From: Okamejei kenojei
Taxonomy: Eukaryota
DNA length: 64,000 bases
Direction: 5' to 3'
NCBI GenBank assembly: GCA_035221665.1
Contig: CM069149.1
Location: 10,540,001-10,604,000, forward strand
In this document: positions 1 to 12,877 of the stretch, one piece after another
How positions within the stretch are numbered: position 1 is the first letter of the stretch
Layout: each line of letters begins with the position of its first letter
Notes under the pieces: generated by a model
Told to the model about the DNA's origin: nothing
The model's input: the letters and a program-made list of their open reading frames with translations, nothing else
Database searches by the model: none
Position numbers and translations under genes: made by a program

Positions 1-280
1 CAGCTGCTGGAATATACTAGAGACAGCAAAGATCATTGGAGAACCACAGCATTAAGGACATTTCTATCAGTTGTTCAAAATCAATGATTATTTGAAGAAC
101 CATGATGCAAATATGTGAGCTACCATTTTTCCTGTATCTGTACACTGGGGACAGCTTGATGGTAATCATGTATTGTCTTTTCGCCGACTGGGTAGCACAC
201 AACAAAAAAGCTTTTCACTGTACCTCGGTATACATGAAAATAATAAACTAAACTAAACATCTTAACACTTTATGTTACAT

Positions 281-625
281 TCATAACGTCATAAGTGATA
301 GGAGCAGAATTAGGCCATTCGGCCCATCAAGTCTACTCCGCCATTCAAGCATGGCGGATCTATCTCTCCCTCCTAATCTAATTCTCCTGCCTTCTCCCCA
401 TAACCCTTGACACACACACAAATCAAGAATCTATTTATCGCTCCCTTAAAAATATCAAATGATGGGCTCCACAGATTTGCCACCTTCTGACTAAAGAAAT
501 TCCTCCTCGTCTCCTTCCTATAGGAACACCCTTTAATTCTGATGCTATGACCTCTAGTCCAAGACTCTCCCAGTAATGGAAACATCCTCTACACATCTAC
601 TCTATCCAAGCCCTTCACTATTCCA
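281..625 (-). mobile_element. CR1/HER1 LINE 3' fragment
   Basis: Minus ORF MFPLLGESWTRGHSIRIKG...FFSQKVANLW is a CR1 ORF2 C-terminus, followed by the typical 3' UTR. Boundaries approximate. Confidence 0.85.
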
Positions 626-1300
626 CAGTTTGTTTGGAATTAAAAATCAGCAACGATCGCCTGAAATTAATCATAATGCGGAGACATTTCATCTCAAAAT
701 ATACCGGCATGGACATCCAGGGAGAACAGTTGTTCTGTCCAAATTACTGCAGACATGGATTTGCAGTCAACATATTTCTCATTGAATTTAATGATGTGAA
801 TGTTGTGAATGAGGAAGAGTTGAAATCGAAGATAGTCAGTGTCGGACCGATTTTACTCAATTTAGCTTGGTCGCACAGTTCATGAATAAAACGTTTAGGG
901 GCTGCAATGAGGGAAAGCGTTGGATTTTTATAGTTGCCGCTAAATATTCATTCAAATAGGCACGCAATACAAAAGCAGTTTGTCTGAGTAAAGGTAAACA
1001 AAGAGAAAAGTTGATATGAAATCCATGAAAAACTATTTTTAAAAAGCTGTCTAAAAGTTTAGTGCACATTTGGAGAGCAAGCACGTTTGCATCAGAGACT
1101 GATAATATCTGAAAGCAACTGAACTCCAACAGAGTTCTGGTGGAAAGCGCGGGTAGATCCACACATACTAGGGTGTAAATTGCATTTATCATTTTTCAGC
1201 AGAAAGTCCTTGATAGAAATATGAATAAAGTAAATAAATCTGCCACAAAAATGACTATTATACTGCTCATCAGTTCTATCGTAGCAGTGCAATACACTAA

Positions 1301-1584
1301 TGCCCCTGTCCCACTTAGGAAACCTGAACGGAAACCTCTGGAGACTTTGCGCTCCACTCAAGGTTTCCGTGCGGTTCCCGGACGTTCCCGGAGGTTTTTG
1401 TCAGTCTCCCTAATGGTCGACAGTGGTTTCCATAAAAAAAGGTAATTTTTAGTCGAAGCCGGTTGCGATGCTAGTTGAAGGTGGTTGCCGGAGGACAAAA
1501 ACCTCCGGGAACTGCCCGAAAACCTTGGATGGGGCGCAAAGTCTCCAGAGGTTTCCGTTCAGGTTCCTAAGTGGGACAGGGGCA
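1301..1584. mobile_element. PIF/Harbinger-type MITE
   Basis: About 50-bp terminal inverted repeats TGCCCCTGTCCCACTTAGG... / ...CCTAAGTGGGACAGGGGCA, flanked by TAA on both sides. Confidence 0.85.
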
Positions 1585-2206
1585 TAAAGGTAATTTTAAT
1601 GTTATTTGAGGGCAAAAATGTGGATGACTACAAACCTCCAACAACAACAGTTAAAGTTGCTCACCTTGTGCAGTATGTGGTCAAATAATCTACGTCATAA
1701 TAAAAGGACATTGGTGTAACTCCATGAAGCTGGTAAACCAAAATATTCGATTGGCACAGTTTGTAAAATTGCAGGTTTTATGCTTGTTTATTCAAATAGA
1801 TTGAAATCAATAGATGGAGATTGTGCATCAATGAAAATTATAGACTATGCGATATAAATGTGCATCCAATTTGCTGGCAAAGTACATTTTAAGTGCGCAA
1901 CATAGCTCCACAGGAGTACAATGTAAAAGAGCCTTGCTACTGACTCCAAACATTGACCTGTGTTGATGGAGCAGATCACTGGCAGATTACTGAATGGGGC
2001 AGAAAATTTTCCAAGGCCCTGTAAAATGGTCAGTGTCAAATCCAGCTTGCATATATGCAAAGATTCCTGATGCACCCCATTTCCTGTTATGATCCTGGGA
2101 GATTCTTGTCATTGGCAGATTAAAGGCAGTTTATGAAATTAACTCGTGAATTCGGGCATCATAAAATATATACAAAAAAAAACCCCAAGAACATGTCAAT
2201 GTACTT

Positions 2207-2330
2207 GTGTGTAGGAAAGAACTGCAGATGCTGGTTCAAATCGAAGGTAGACACAAAATGCTGGAGTAACTCAGTGGGACAAACAGCATGCTGCCTGTCC
2301 CGCTGAGCTGCTCCAGCATTTTGTGTCTAT
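2207..2330. repeat. Penelope-like terminal-repeat fragment with fold-back
   Basis: GAACTGCAGATGCTGG...ACACAAAATGCTGGAGTAACTCAG repeat followed by its own reverse complement. Confidence 0.7.
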
Positions 2331-3761
2331 GTCAAGTACTTAATCTTACTCCTTTTTTGTTACCACTATCCCACTACAAACTCCTTGGACCACAAGCAGG
2401 TAGGTAGGTATTCATGCTTTCAGTTCCCTGCAAGGACTGTATACTGCCTGTATGCAGGGTTTGAACGAAAGTGGGTCAGACACAATCACCCTATGATTTC
2501 TATTCTCGCTCAGATGTTAGACTGTACCTAGATTTTCTCCTTCACACTCCGATAACCTGGGTGTGAACGTGAATGAGACAGAAGGATAGCATTTTGTCAT
2601 AGAGTTAGCTTGCAAATTCGCAAACAGCAATACTCATTATGCTCTTACAATGTCACAATTGGCTCCTTGAATTGAACGTTAATGACTGTTTGACAGCGTT
2701 GTAGAATTTCCATAACATCTATCATTTTGAAATATAAATTATGAGGAAAGCGCAATGAAAACCAGAAGACATTTCTACCTTACAGCAGTCTAGCATTGGT
2801 TGTATCCTTCAGAAACAGATACCTGCACATTTTCAAAGCTTTAATCTTGGGTAAATCAGAGGCATTTTTAATTAGAACGGGATTGCAGTAACGTAACCCC
2901 ATGAAATGTCAAATCCAAAGGATAAACAGGTCAAAGTTAAGAAAAGACAACAAAGGGCAACTTGTTTCAGTAATTTTATGCTTTCTGTTTCCCACAGCTA
3001 AACACATAATGGAGGTTTCCATTTAGTGTATTTTTCTTTGTTAAAGTTCTTGTGTTTCTTTCACTGGATCTGCATCTTTTTCAGGTTTAACCATAACATT
3101 TGGGTCTACTTGACAGTCAGAAAATGTTTCTTTATTAATATTAAGGAACAGAGCAAAATTGTTCACACATCAGCGATAATTTTAGAGAACCTAGAGCATA
3201 AAACAATTTAGTACAAGAACAGGCCTTTCAGCCCACGACATCTGTGCCAAACATGATGCCAAGACCAACACTTAACTGCCTGCACATAATCAATATCGCT
3301 CTATTCCTTGCATATCTATGTGCCTATCCAAGCCACTGTCATATCTGTCTCAACCATCCCAGGCAGTGCATTTCAAACATCCGCCATCCTCTGTTTAAAA
3401 AACACTTGACCCACACATCTTCTTTAAACTTTGCCTCGGGAAGGGGTGGGGGGGAGGGGGGGAGGGGGGGAGGGGGGGTGGAAAGTGGACCCAGTGATTG
3501 GGACTGTGCTTATCACTGTTTAGGGTGTGGAGAACAAAGTCCTGAGCAATAGTGATGACTTGGGACTGGGTTTCTTCATGGTGTAGCCAGAAATGGAAGC
3601 ATGCGTCAGAAAACTGGGGGCTGAAATTTTGGGAAGGTTGTGCAGAGGGGAAGGTGGTGTTGCTGGAGCCATCCAAGAAGACCAGAAGTTGAAGGGAATC
3701 TAGCTGGGGCAGCTTGCTAGTTGCTGGGTTGGGATCTGCTGGAAGAGCCTCTCTTTAAACT

Positions 3762-4118
3762 TACAATGAAAGGCATAGATAGAGTGGATGTGGAAAGGAT
3801 GTTTCCACTGGTGGGAGAGTCTAGGACCAGAGATCATAGCAGAATTAAAGGGTGCTCTTTTAGAAACGAGGTGAGGCGGCACTTCTTTAGTTGGAGGGTA
3901 GTTTATCTGTGGAACTCATTGCCACCGAGGGCTGTGGAGGCCAAGTCAGTGGATATTTTTAAGGCAGAGATAGACAGAATCTTGATTAGAACGGGTGTCA
4001 AGGGTTATGGGGAGAAGGCCAGGAAATGGGATCAAGAGGCAGAAATCAGCCATGATTGAATTGCGGAGTCGACTCGATGGGCCAAATGGCCTAATTCTAC
4101 TCCTGTAACTGGTGAACT
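3762..4118 (+). mobile_element. CR1/HER1 LINE 3' fragment
   Basis: KGIDRVDVERMFPLVGESRTRDH...RVVYLWNSLP followed by a CR1 3' UTR. Confidence 0.85.
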
Positions 4119-4532
4119 TGTAAATCATATTATGTAAATATGGTTATTCTAGGGAGTGCCCTGTGGTCGGTGCTCCTCAGAACAGCATGACCATGAGATA
4201 TAAAGGTGTTGCAGAGGCAATGCTGTGGGCCTTTGTGGGACTGAAATGAAGTTCACATAAAGTGTGCAGGAGATTATGGCGATGAGAAGTACCTGGTTAC
4301 ATTTCTGGAATGGCTCATTTCAGCCCAGAAATAATTACAATTCCATTCCATGTTAGAAATAAACCATTTTCAGTTACATTGTGCTGGAATTAAATAGACC
4401 CATGTATCTAAAACCTATGTTTTATTTGTTTCTTACTGCATGTGACTATATATATAAATATATATATAAATATAATATCCTGTAATGTATTGAAAGAAAA
4501 TATGTAATCATAAAGTATCTGGTTAAATTTGC

Positions 4533-5741
4533 ATATGCATATATGCCCTAAAGGAGATTGTAAACAAATAAAGAGGCAAAAACTCTTCAATCCTTATGTG
4601 CTTTATTGATGCTTCCAAAGCCATTGACCGTGTTAATCACAGAAAGCTGTTTGGTAAAATGCGTCAAAGAGGGGTGCCTAAATACATTGTGAGAATACTG
4701 GCCTACTGGTATGCCCACCAGACTATGCAAATAAAATGGGGCAATAGGGTCTCAGCCCCATTTGGGGTTAGCAATGGTGTTAGACAAGGGGGAATTTTAT
4801 CCCCAGTCCTTTTTAATCTATATATTGATGATCTGTCTAAACAATTGAAAGCCTGTAACACTGGGAGCGTGATTGGTAATATTTTAGTGAACCATATTAT
4901 GTATGCAGATGATCTTGTGGTCTTTAGTCCATCTAGCGCTGGTCTCCAGCAGCTCCTTACTGCATGTTCCGTGTATGGTTTGGAAAATGACATTAAGTAT
5001 AATGCTAGTAAGAGTGCTGTTATGGTCTGTAGAACCAAAGAGGATAAAAGCCTAAAATATTCTGATTTTAAATTGTCTGATAACAATCTTAGTGGCTGTA
5101 ATAAGATAAAATATCTAGGGCATATTATTACAGAACAAATGACAGATGATGAGGATATTTATAGGCAACGACGCATGCTGTATATACAGGCGAATATCCT
5201 CTTGCGTAAATTTGGTGCGTGTGCAGATGTGGTGAAGATGTCGCTATTTAGAGCATACTGCACACCCCTCTACACTGTGGTCGAACTATTTAAAGACAAG
5301 TATGCAGAGACTAAAGGTGGGATATAACGATGCCATGAGAAACACTGCTAAGGCAACCAAGATGGTGTAGTGCCAGTAATATGTTTGTGGCTGCAGGAGT
5401 CAGTACTTTAGAAGCTATCCTAAGACACCACATGTATAAATTCATTTGCAGGATAAATGACTCTAAAAATGTGCTTATTGTGGCCTTGACAAACATAAGG
5501 GTTAGCACTACACGCTACGAATCCCAGTTGTGGAGACACTGGTATTGTTGTCTCGTTGTGCGACATTGATCATTTTTTACTCTGGATTTTTAACTTAAGT
5601 ATTGTGAGTTTTTAAAAATATATATAAATTATGATGTTTTTATGTGATTTACCTTTATTTTATATATATTTATGATATTTGAGATGCAATGCATTTTCAA
5701 TGTAATGTTGCCCCTTGTCTGGACCTTGAGTCCGTAATAAA

Positions 5742-5812
<71 letters not shown>
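4533..5812 (+). mobile_element. 5'-truncated non-LTR retrotransposon, RTE-X-like, with (ATT)n tail
   Basis: RT motifs CFIDASKAxDRVNH, GVRQGGILSP and YADDLV in ORF 4596-5327; frameshifted C-terminus; AATAAA then an (ATT)n tail. Confidence 0.8.
5743..5812. repeat. (ATT)n microsatellite, LINE tail
   Basis: About 23 perfect ATT units. Confidence 0.95.
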
Positions 5813-5840
5813 CTAACAAAATTGTCTATCTGTTTTCCAG

Positions 5841-5975
5841 AGCATCTCCAATTTGAATGTTCTTATAACCGCACAAAATGTGGATTGTTATGACAGTGGA
5901 ATTATTTGCATGAAGTCCCTTGTTATTTCGGTTGGAAGCACCAATCTTTATTTCAATGACAACTCTGGGAAACCA
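5841..5975 (+). CDS. OTOGL: Otogelin-like, internal exon (VWD3)
   Basis: ttccAG acceptor, GTAAGT donor, 135 nt, phase 0/0. Reads SISNLNVLITAQNVDCYDSGIICMKSLVISVGSTNLYFNDNSGKP, matching the otogelin-family VWD3 as I recall it. Confidence 0.9.
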
Positions 5976-6724
5976 GTAAGTGCCCACTTTAGTTAAGCAC
6001 AAACTGATCTGGTTGTAAGTAACAAAAAAAGTGATCATGTTCTGCTAAACTTCTAATCTCATCCCACGCCAACCATGATATATAAAAAAACATAATTCAG
6101 CGGGACAGACAGCATCTCTGGGGAGAAGGAATGGGTGACATGTTTCAGGCCGAGACCCTTCTTCAGGCTTTAACGCAACACATTGTCTAATGATGGAAAA
6201 TGAGAGCAAATTACCAAAATCTTGGTCAAGCAGTTAGGTTTTAAAGAAATGTTGGGGGAAGTGATGGAAGGGAATCTTATAGCTTCAAGCATTAAAGCCC
6301 GTAGACTTTGTTATCTTGGGTGGAACAATTACATTTTCCTTAATGATTAAAATGTAAACAATTGACACACAATAGAGTTCACATTCACGGTGACAGCTAA
6401 GAATTTTAAATTCAAGAATTAAAAATATTTGGGGTTAAAAAATTGCAAGTCTCGATAATAATGGTAATAAAACGACATTGTTGTAGTAAACACAATTACT
6501 AGCTCATTAGAATGAAATCTGCCATCTTTACCCTGTCTGGCCAATATGTGACTCCAGACTCAACTACCCCTTAGTTCAGGGACAACCAGGGGTGAATAGT
6601 AAATGCTATCTTTGTTAACAATATTCATAATCCATGAATAAACAAATCAATAAAAAAAAGCTTAGATTGGATTGTTCAGAAGGTTAATGCAACCCTTATT
6701 GTCATTGCAAAGACTAGATGACTG

Positions 6725-7135
6725 CAGAAACTATGAATTGCAGACGCTGGTTTATGAAAATAGACACAAAGTGCTGAGTAACTAAGTGGGCCAAGCAACC
6801 TCTCTAGAGAGCATGCATTGGTGACGTTTCTGGTCAGGACCCCTTTTCAGACTGATTATGGTGGGGAGGGGAAAAAAACTGGAAGAGAGGAGGTGCAGGA
6901 CAAAGCCTGGTAAGTGATAGATCGGCACAGGTGAGGGAGGTTTTGATATATAGATGGTTGGACAAAAGGCTTAAGATAAGGATAGAAGAGTTATGAATTG
7001 TGAAGCCAGAAGAAGGGATGTAGATGGTGGGGGGGGAGGGGGGGAGGGGGGGGGAGGGGAGTATTGGGTGCAAGTACAGGTGGGGCACAGGGAAGAAGGG
7101 GGGTGAGCGAAAGAACGAAGGAGGGGTTATTGAAA
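6725..7135 (-). mobile_element. Penelope-like terminal repeat / 3' UTR fragment
   Basis: Same organisation as the copies at 11390 and 52770, which are attached to GIY-YIG remnants. Confidence 0.65.
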
Positions 7136-8146
7136 GTCCCTGGTACCCTTATAAGACTGCAGTTCAGTTTGTTAGCTGAGTGGGCAGCTGTTTATATTTT
7201 CAAGGTGTCTACTCAATGAACCTTGCCTTTGACTGAGTCACATGATGTGGACTTCCTGTAGGGAGCCACTTCCGATCAACACAGAGATCTCTGGGTATCA
7301 ATAATCAGCCACAGAACGTATAGAATCATCAATGCAGAAGTCCTGAACTTCCCAGTCAGTTATGGAGGTGATTTCCAGAGATAATCTGGTTTGTTTTGCA
7401 GCAGGCAGCTCAAGCTAAGTATTGAAAGAAGGCCACAGTAGTTGACCGTATCAGAAGCCAGCACACTCCCAGCCCTGCTCTCTTTCGATTCTTCTACAGT
7501 CAGAATCTCGTTAAATTTAAACTTCTTAATTTATCCAAAATTAGTTGTGCTCCAAAGATTCACAATACAAGAAGAATCTTACATTATTCTGAAGAAAATC
7601 TGAGCCGAAACATCACCTATCCATGTTCTCCAGTGATACTGTCTGAACCGCTGAGTTACTCCAGTAATTTCTGTCTTTTTTGTAAAGCCACATCTCCAGT
7701 TCCTTGGCCTCCACATATTACATTTGATGTTTCAAAACAGTCATGGCATGTGATTTATCGTAAGCAATACCTTTTATCTGTAATCTGAGTCTGAAATGAA
7801 TAAATTATATTAAAATTACTCTGGTCTCACTGCTACGTGAATAGCGCAATAGATAGGATCAAGCATTTTCATTATTTGCTTATCAGTACAATATGGCAAT
7901 GAAATAGCAGTACAATTAACATATTGTACTGTACTTATTTTGCCACAAGTCAGTGGTTGCAGTTACTTTTCAGAAGCTAGTTTGTTTTTTGAAAAATATG
8001 GCTATCAATATACTGGTAAACTGAACAATTGATCCATCGTTAAATGCTTCAATTATACTTGATACAAATTTTGATCTTCAGTGAAAATGTTTTTAAGAAA
8101 CCTGGAAACAGTGTAATTTCTCCCGTGGGTTTGTTGTTGCTCCTAG

Positions 8147-8293
8147 AGTTTGTCCGGAGTGAGAAGGGAATCTAATGACTTTCAGCTTTGGAAGGCCGGT
8201 TATTACTCAGTGGTTCACTACCCACAGCAGGAGATTACAGTGTTTTGGGATAAAAAGACAACCATTCACATTCAGCTTGGGCCACAGTGGCAA
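8147..8293 (+). CDS. OTOGL: Otogelin-like, internal exon (VWD3)
   Basis: cctAG / GTAAGT, 147 nt. SLSGVRRESNDFQLWKAGYYSVVHYPQQEITVFWDKKTTIHIQLGPQWQ contains the WD..TTIHI..GPQW VWD motif. Confidence 0.92.
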
Positions 8294-10084
8294 GTAAGTA
8301 TATTATTTCAATTCACCTCGCCCAACTGATGTATGTTATTTTACCAAAGAGCAGGAATCAGTGACTATTTCAAATGGAAAATATCAAAGCTGTAATATTG
8401 TGCACAATGCCTTGGGTCTGCTATACCTGTTGTCTGTAAGTCAGGAACAAAACTGACACATGTCCCCTATACTCTACCAGTTGAATTCAATTATCGAAGG
8501 GGTAAAGCATTTCCAGCCAGTGCCATTGATAAATAACAGCACCGAGGTGCAGTTATTAGCTTCCTCAATCCTGACCTCTGGTGCTGACTCACAATCTCCC
8601 TGGGACTGCATGGGTTTGTTCGGGTGCTTTGGTTTCAGTACAGTGCCAGAGACCTGGGTTCGATCCTGACCTCGGGTGCTGTCTGCGTGGAGTTTGCACA
8701 TACTTCCTGTGACTACGTGGGTTTCCTCCGGATGCTCCGATCTCCTCCCTCCACGTCTCAAATATATGCGGGTTTAAAGGCTAATTGGCCTCTGTAAATC
8801 ACCCCGTGTGTAGGGAGTGAATGCGAAAGTGGGATAATGTAGAACTAGTGTGAACGGATGGTTGGCGTGCTGTTGCCCCGAATGGCCTGTTTCTGTGGCG
8901 TGTCTGTCTGCCTGTCTGCCTGCCTGCCTGTCTGCCTGTCTGCCCGCCCCACATTCCAAAGTCATGCAGGTAGGTTGGTTAATTGGTCATTGTAAGTTGC
9001 CCCTGTGTAGGTAAGTAATAGAAGTTGATGGGAACATGGGAAGGCCTCAATGGCCTGTTTCCATGGTTATGGTCCAAGTGTATATTTTGTATCTACATTA
9101 ATGAGGTGGTTGGTGTGCGACACTAGTGTATTTTTTGTATCTTTATTAGTGAGGTGATTTCCCAAATACACCTTGTAATTAAGCAGATTTAACTCGCCCC
9201 AAAACAATGCTAACGTTGCAGCCAAACATTGTTTTACCATGATGCAACCCATCTTTACTTCAGAAATTAAATCTGGGTGTAAATCGGCCCGTGTGTTGTA
9301 AGCAGGTGTTGCTTCTGTTATTTGTGGGATCCCGCACACATCTTATTGCTACATGTACGTCTGGTCAATATCTTTCATTGTATTGTTACGAACACAAAAC
9401 GAAGGAGCCACGTGAGTAGCTAATTTAATAACAAGCAGTTGCAATTAATCTATCATTGAATCATCTATTTCAACAAAGAACAATGCATGAGTGAGATGCT
9501 ATATGAGGAATGCTTTATGCCAATAATTGGCATTTGAAACCATCAACAGTAGACAGATGAAGTTTCTGCATTACATTGAGATAAATTTTGGCACTGACAG
9601 TCAAACTTATAATCATTCCCTGGAAACAAACTTTGGAGCGTCCAAGTAAAAATATACAAAAATGAGATCATTTTGTTATGATGATAAATCTTTCTTGCAG
9701 CATTCTCTGCTGTTGCTTTTTCTTGGGGGGAAAGAAAGTCAATGAAATTAGTTTCCTTTCACACTGTGGGTTGCAAAGTTAATTCTCTTGAATGTAAACG
9801 AAACATTAACTGCACTTTTCCGGGACGAGAGGTTGGTGGGCCTGTGGAGTAGCCTGTTATTACGTTAGATTGCATCCTGATGAAGTCTCTAAAACTGATT
9901 CATAAAATTGTAGCATCGTTGTAAATACGAGTGGAGGCTGAGTGAGGAATTAGGTTACTCCCCACTCATTCTCCAGGATATTTGATGCAACTTCGTTTCC
10001 TCCCAGCATGAGGATCCAATTACGGTTTGAAAGCCACACCTGAGTCTGCATCCAGCAGGTTTTCAGATGGTGCACTCCTGATTG

Positions 10085-10440
10085 CAAATACAATACGATA
10101 TGGTACGATTTAACTTTATTTATCCCAGGAGGGAAATTGCTCTGCCAACAGTCATAAAAAAACACAAAATACATGAAACATGAAATTATAATGACGAGTG
10201 GAATTGCTTGAGGGATGTGCAAAGATTGATGGCGGGGGGTCAGTCCCAGTCTACCCCATGACAGTAGGGGGAGGAGTTGTACAGTTTGATAGCCACAGGG
10301 AAGAAGGATCTCCTGTGACGTTCTGTCATGCATCTTGGTGGAGCCAGTCTGTTGCTGAAGGTGCTCCTCAGGTTGACCAGTGGGTCATGGAGAGGGTGAG
10401 CTGTATTGTCCAGGATGCTCTGCAGGAAGTCCAGGAAATC
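10085..10440 (-). mobile_element. Rex1/Babar-like LINE 3' fragment
   Basis: ILDNTAHPLH...RCMTERHRRSFFPVAIKLYNS C-terminal motif. A related shorter copy lies at about 38650-38880. Confidence 0.75.
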
Positions 10441-10507
10441 CTTGTTGCCTGGAGGATTTCTCTGACCTTTTGTCAAGTACTTTCTGTCTGTTTCTTTATC
10501 GTTAGGG

Positions 10508-11118
10508 TCATAGAAACATAGAAACATAGAAATTAGGTGCAGGAGTAGGCCATTCAGCCCTTCGAGCCTGCACCGCCATTCAATATGATCATGGCTGATC
10601 ATCCAACTCAGTATCCCGTACCTGCCTTCTTTCCATACCCTCTGATCCCCTTAGCCACAAGGGCCACATCCAACTCACTCTTAAATATAGCCAATGAACT
10701 GGCCTCAACTACCCTCTGTGGCAGAGAGTTCCAGAGACTCACCACTCTCTGTGTGAAAAAAGTCTTTCTCATCTCGGTCTTAAAGGATTTCCCTTATCCT
10801 TAAGCTGTGACCCCTTGTCCTGGACTTCCCCAACATCGGGAACAATCTTCCTGCATCTAGCCTGTCCAACCCCTTAAGAATTTTGTAAGTTTCTATAAGA
10901 TCCCCTCTCAATCTCCTAAATTCCAGAGAGTATAAACCGAGTCTATCCAGTCTTTCTTCATAAGACAGTCCTGACATCCCAGGAATCAGTCTGGTGAACC
11001 TTCTCTGCACTCCCTCTATGCAATAATGTCCTTCCTTTTGTACAATACTCCAGGTGTGGTCTCACCAAGACCCTGTACAACTGAAGTAGAACCTCCCTGC
11101 TCCAGTACTCAAATCCTT
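10508..11118 (-). mobile_element. CR1/HER1 LINE 3' fragment
   Basis: QRRFTRLIPGMSGLSYEERLDRLGLYSLEFRRLRGDLIETYKI and a (TTCTATGT)n tail. Confidence 0.9.
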
Positions 11119-11387
11119 TAGTAATTACACATGGAAAGAGGTATTTCGGCCTACCAAGTCTCTGCTGACCAATAAGCATTATTTACATTAATGCTTCATG
11201 GGCCTGGCTTTATTTTCCCAACATTCTCATAAGCTGCCCCAGATTCTCCCACCACTGCACATTTGTGGCAATTTAGAGTGGCCTTTTGATGTTCCAGCCT
11301 CCATGTCTTTGCGATGTGGGAGGAAACGGGAGCAACCTGTGTAGTCTCAGTGAAAACGTGCAAACAAACAGCAAGATTGAACCGGAG

Positions 11388-11810
11388 ATAGACACAAAAT
11401 GCTGGAGTAACTCAACAGGACAGGCAGCATCCCTGGAGGGAAAGGATGGGTGATGTTTTGTGTCGAGACCGTTCTTCAGACAGAGTCAGACATAGAGACT
11501 ATAGATATGGAAGAGTGATGAGTGAAAACAACAGATCAAAGCAGACGATGATCAAGGAAATGTAGAGCGGGTCACTGTTAGCGAAGTGGAAGGTGACAAG
11601 GAGGCATACAATCAGTAAAATCTAATCAGGAGGACAGTAAAATTAGTTGGAAAACTAGGGTGGGGGAGGGGCGGAGAGTAAGAGAAAGCAAGGGTTATTT
11701 GAAGTTGGATAAATCGATATTCATACTGTTGGGTTGAAAGCTGCCCAAGCAAAATATGAGGTGTTGTTCGTCCAATTTGCTTTGGGCTTCGCTCTGACAT
11801 TGGACATTGC
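11388..11810 (-). mobile_element. Penelope-like (Neptune-type) element 3' fragment
   Basis: Minus strand reads QCQSEAQSKLDEQHLIFCLGSFQPNSMNIDLSNFK (GIY-YIG C-terminus), then the terminal repeat. Confidence 0.8.
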
Positions 11811-12081
11811 ACCTGGTTGGTAGGTAGCAGCTCCATGAGCTGTTGTGCTATGCAACCCATCTTGACTTCCTGATAATGGCATCAGGATTCTATTCACTTA
11901 TCATACCTAAACCCATCAGAACGTCATACACCTATAAGTGTTCAGGTCAAGAAAAAAGAGAATCAAGAGTCAAGAATTTAATTGCCATGTGCACTGGGAT
12001 GAGAACAATGAAATTCCTTCATCCTGAGAATGATTCCAATACGTCATTTCCACACCCCTCCAACACCTTCACAATTCTTCT

Positions 12082-12877
12082 CGTTAAATGCTAGACACAT
12101 TAAATGCTAGACACTCTCTTATACAATTTAAAATATTACATAGACTACATTACTCAAAATCCAAACTACATAACATTTTTTCAAATGTATCTGCCATATG
12201 TGATAAATGTCAGCACTTAGAAGCTAACTTGACACACTCATTTACAAATTGTGTAAAAATTACAAAATTTTGGATAGAAATATTTAGGATAATTTTGAAT
12301 GTTGTTAATATGAATCTGACTCCTGACTCAAAGTTAATAATACTGGGAATACTGGAAACAGATCAATTAATAACAACAAATCAAAGAATTTTTATTGATT
12401 ATAGTTTAATAATTGGGAAAAAATTAATATTAAAATTCTGGAAAGGTCCTACATCCCCCACAATGTGGATTACAGGAATGTCGGAGACACTCCATCTGGA
12501 AAGATTGAGGCTTGTCCTAATGGACATGCTGGATCTTTTCAGAGGAATATGGTCTCCATAATATCTAAAGGGTCAAAATGGCTCGGTGCGAGAGCCTGAC
12601 TGAAACCTGAATAATGGAATAGATGAAGAAATATGTATAACAAATCATGGATGTATCTCCAACGATGGATAACTTTTTAATACTCCATTCACTTCTTTAT
12701 TTTTGATTTCTTATCTCTATATTATTTTTCACTATCTTTTCTTACTTATATAAAAAAAAGTATAGAAATATAAATAAGTCTTAAATGTTAATATTAATAA
12801 TATTACGAATGTATGTAAGAAGTATTTTCTATTAATATGTATTTACAATTTAAAAAAATATTCATCAAAAAAAAAAA
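12082..12877 (+). mobile_element. 5'-truncated L1-clade LINE
   Basis: ORF2 C-terminal zinc knuckle (QFKILHRLHYS...CDKC...HSFTNC), AT-rich UTR, poly(A), and TSD AATTCTTCT at 12073-12081 and 12878-12886. Confidence 0.88.

Noticed and set aside
576-885. ORFs following a cacAG that might be an upstream OTOGL exon
   Set aside because: No frame resembles the expected VWD3 start (YGD.HY..FDG) and there is no convincing donor.
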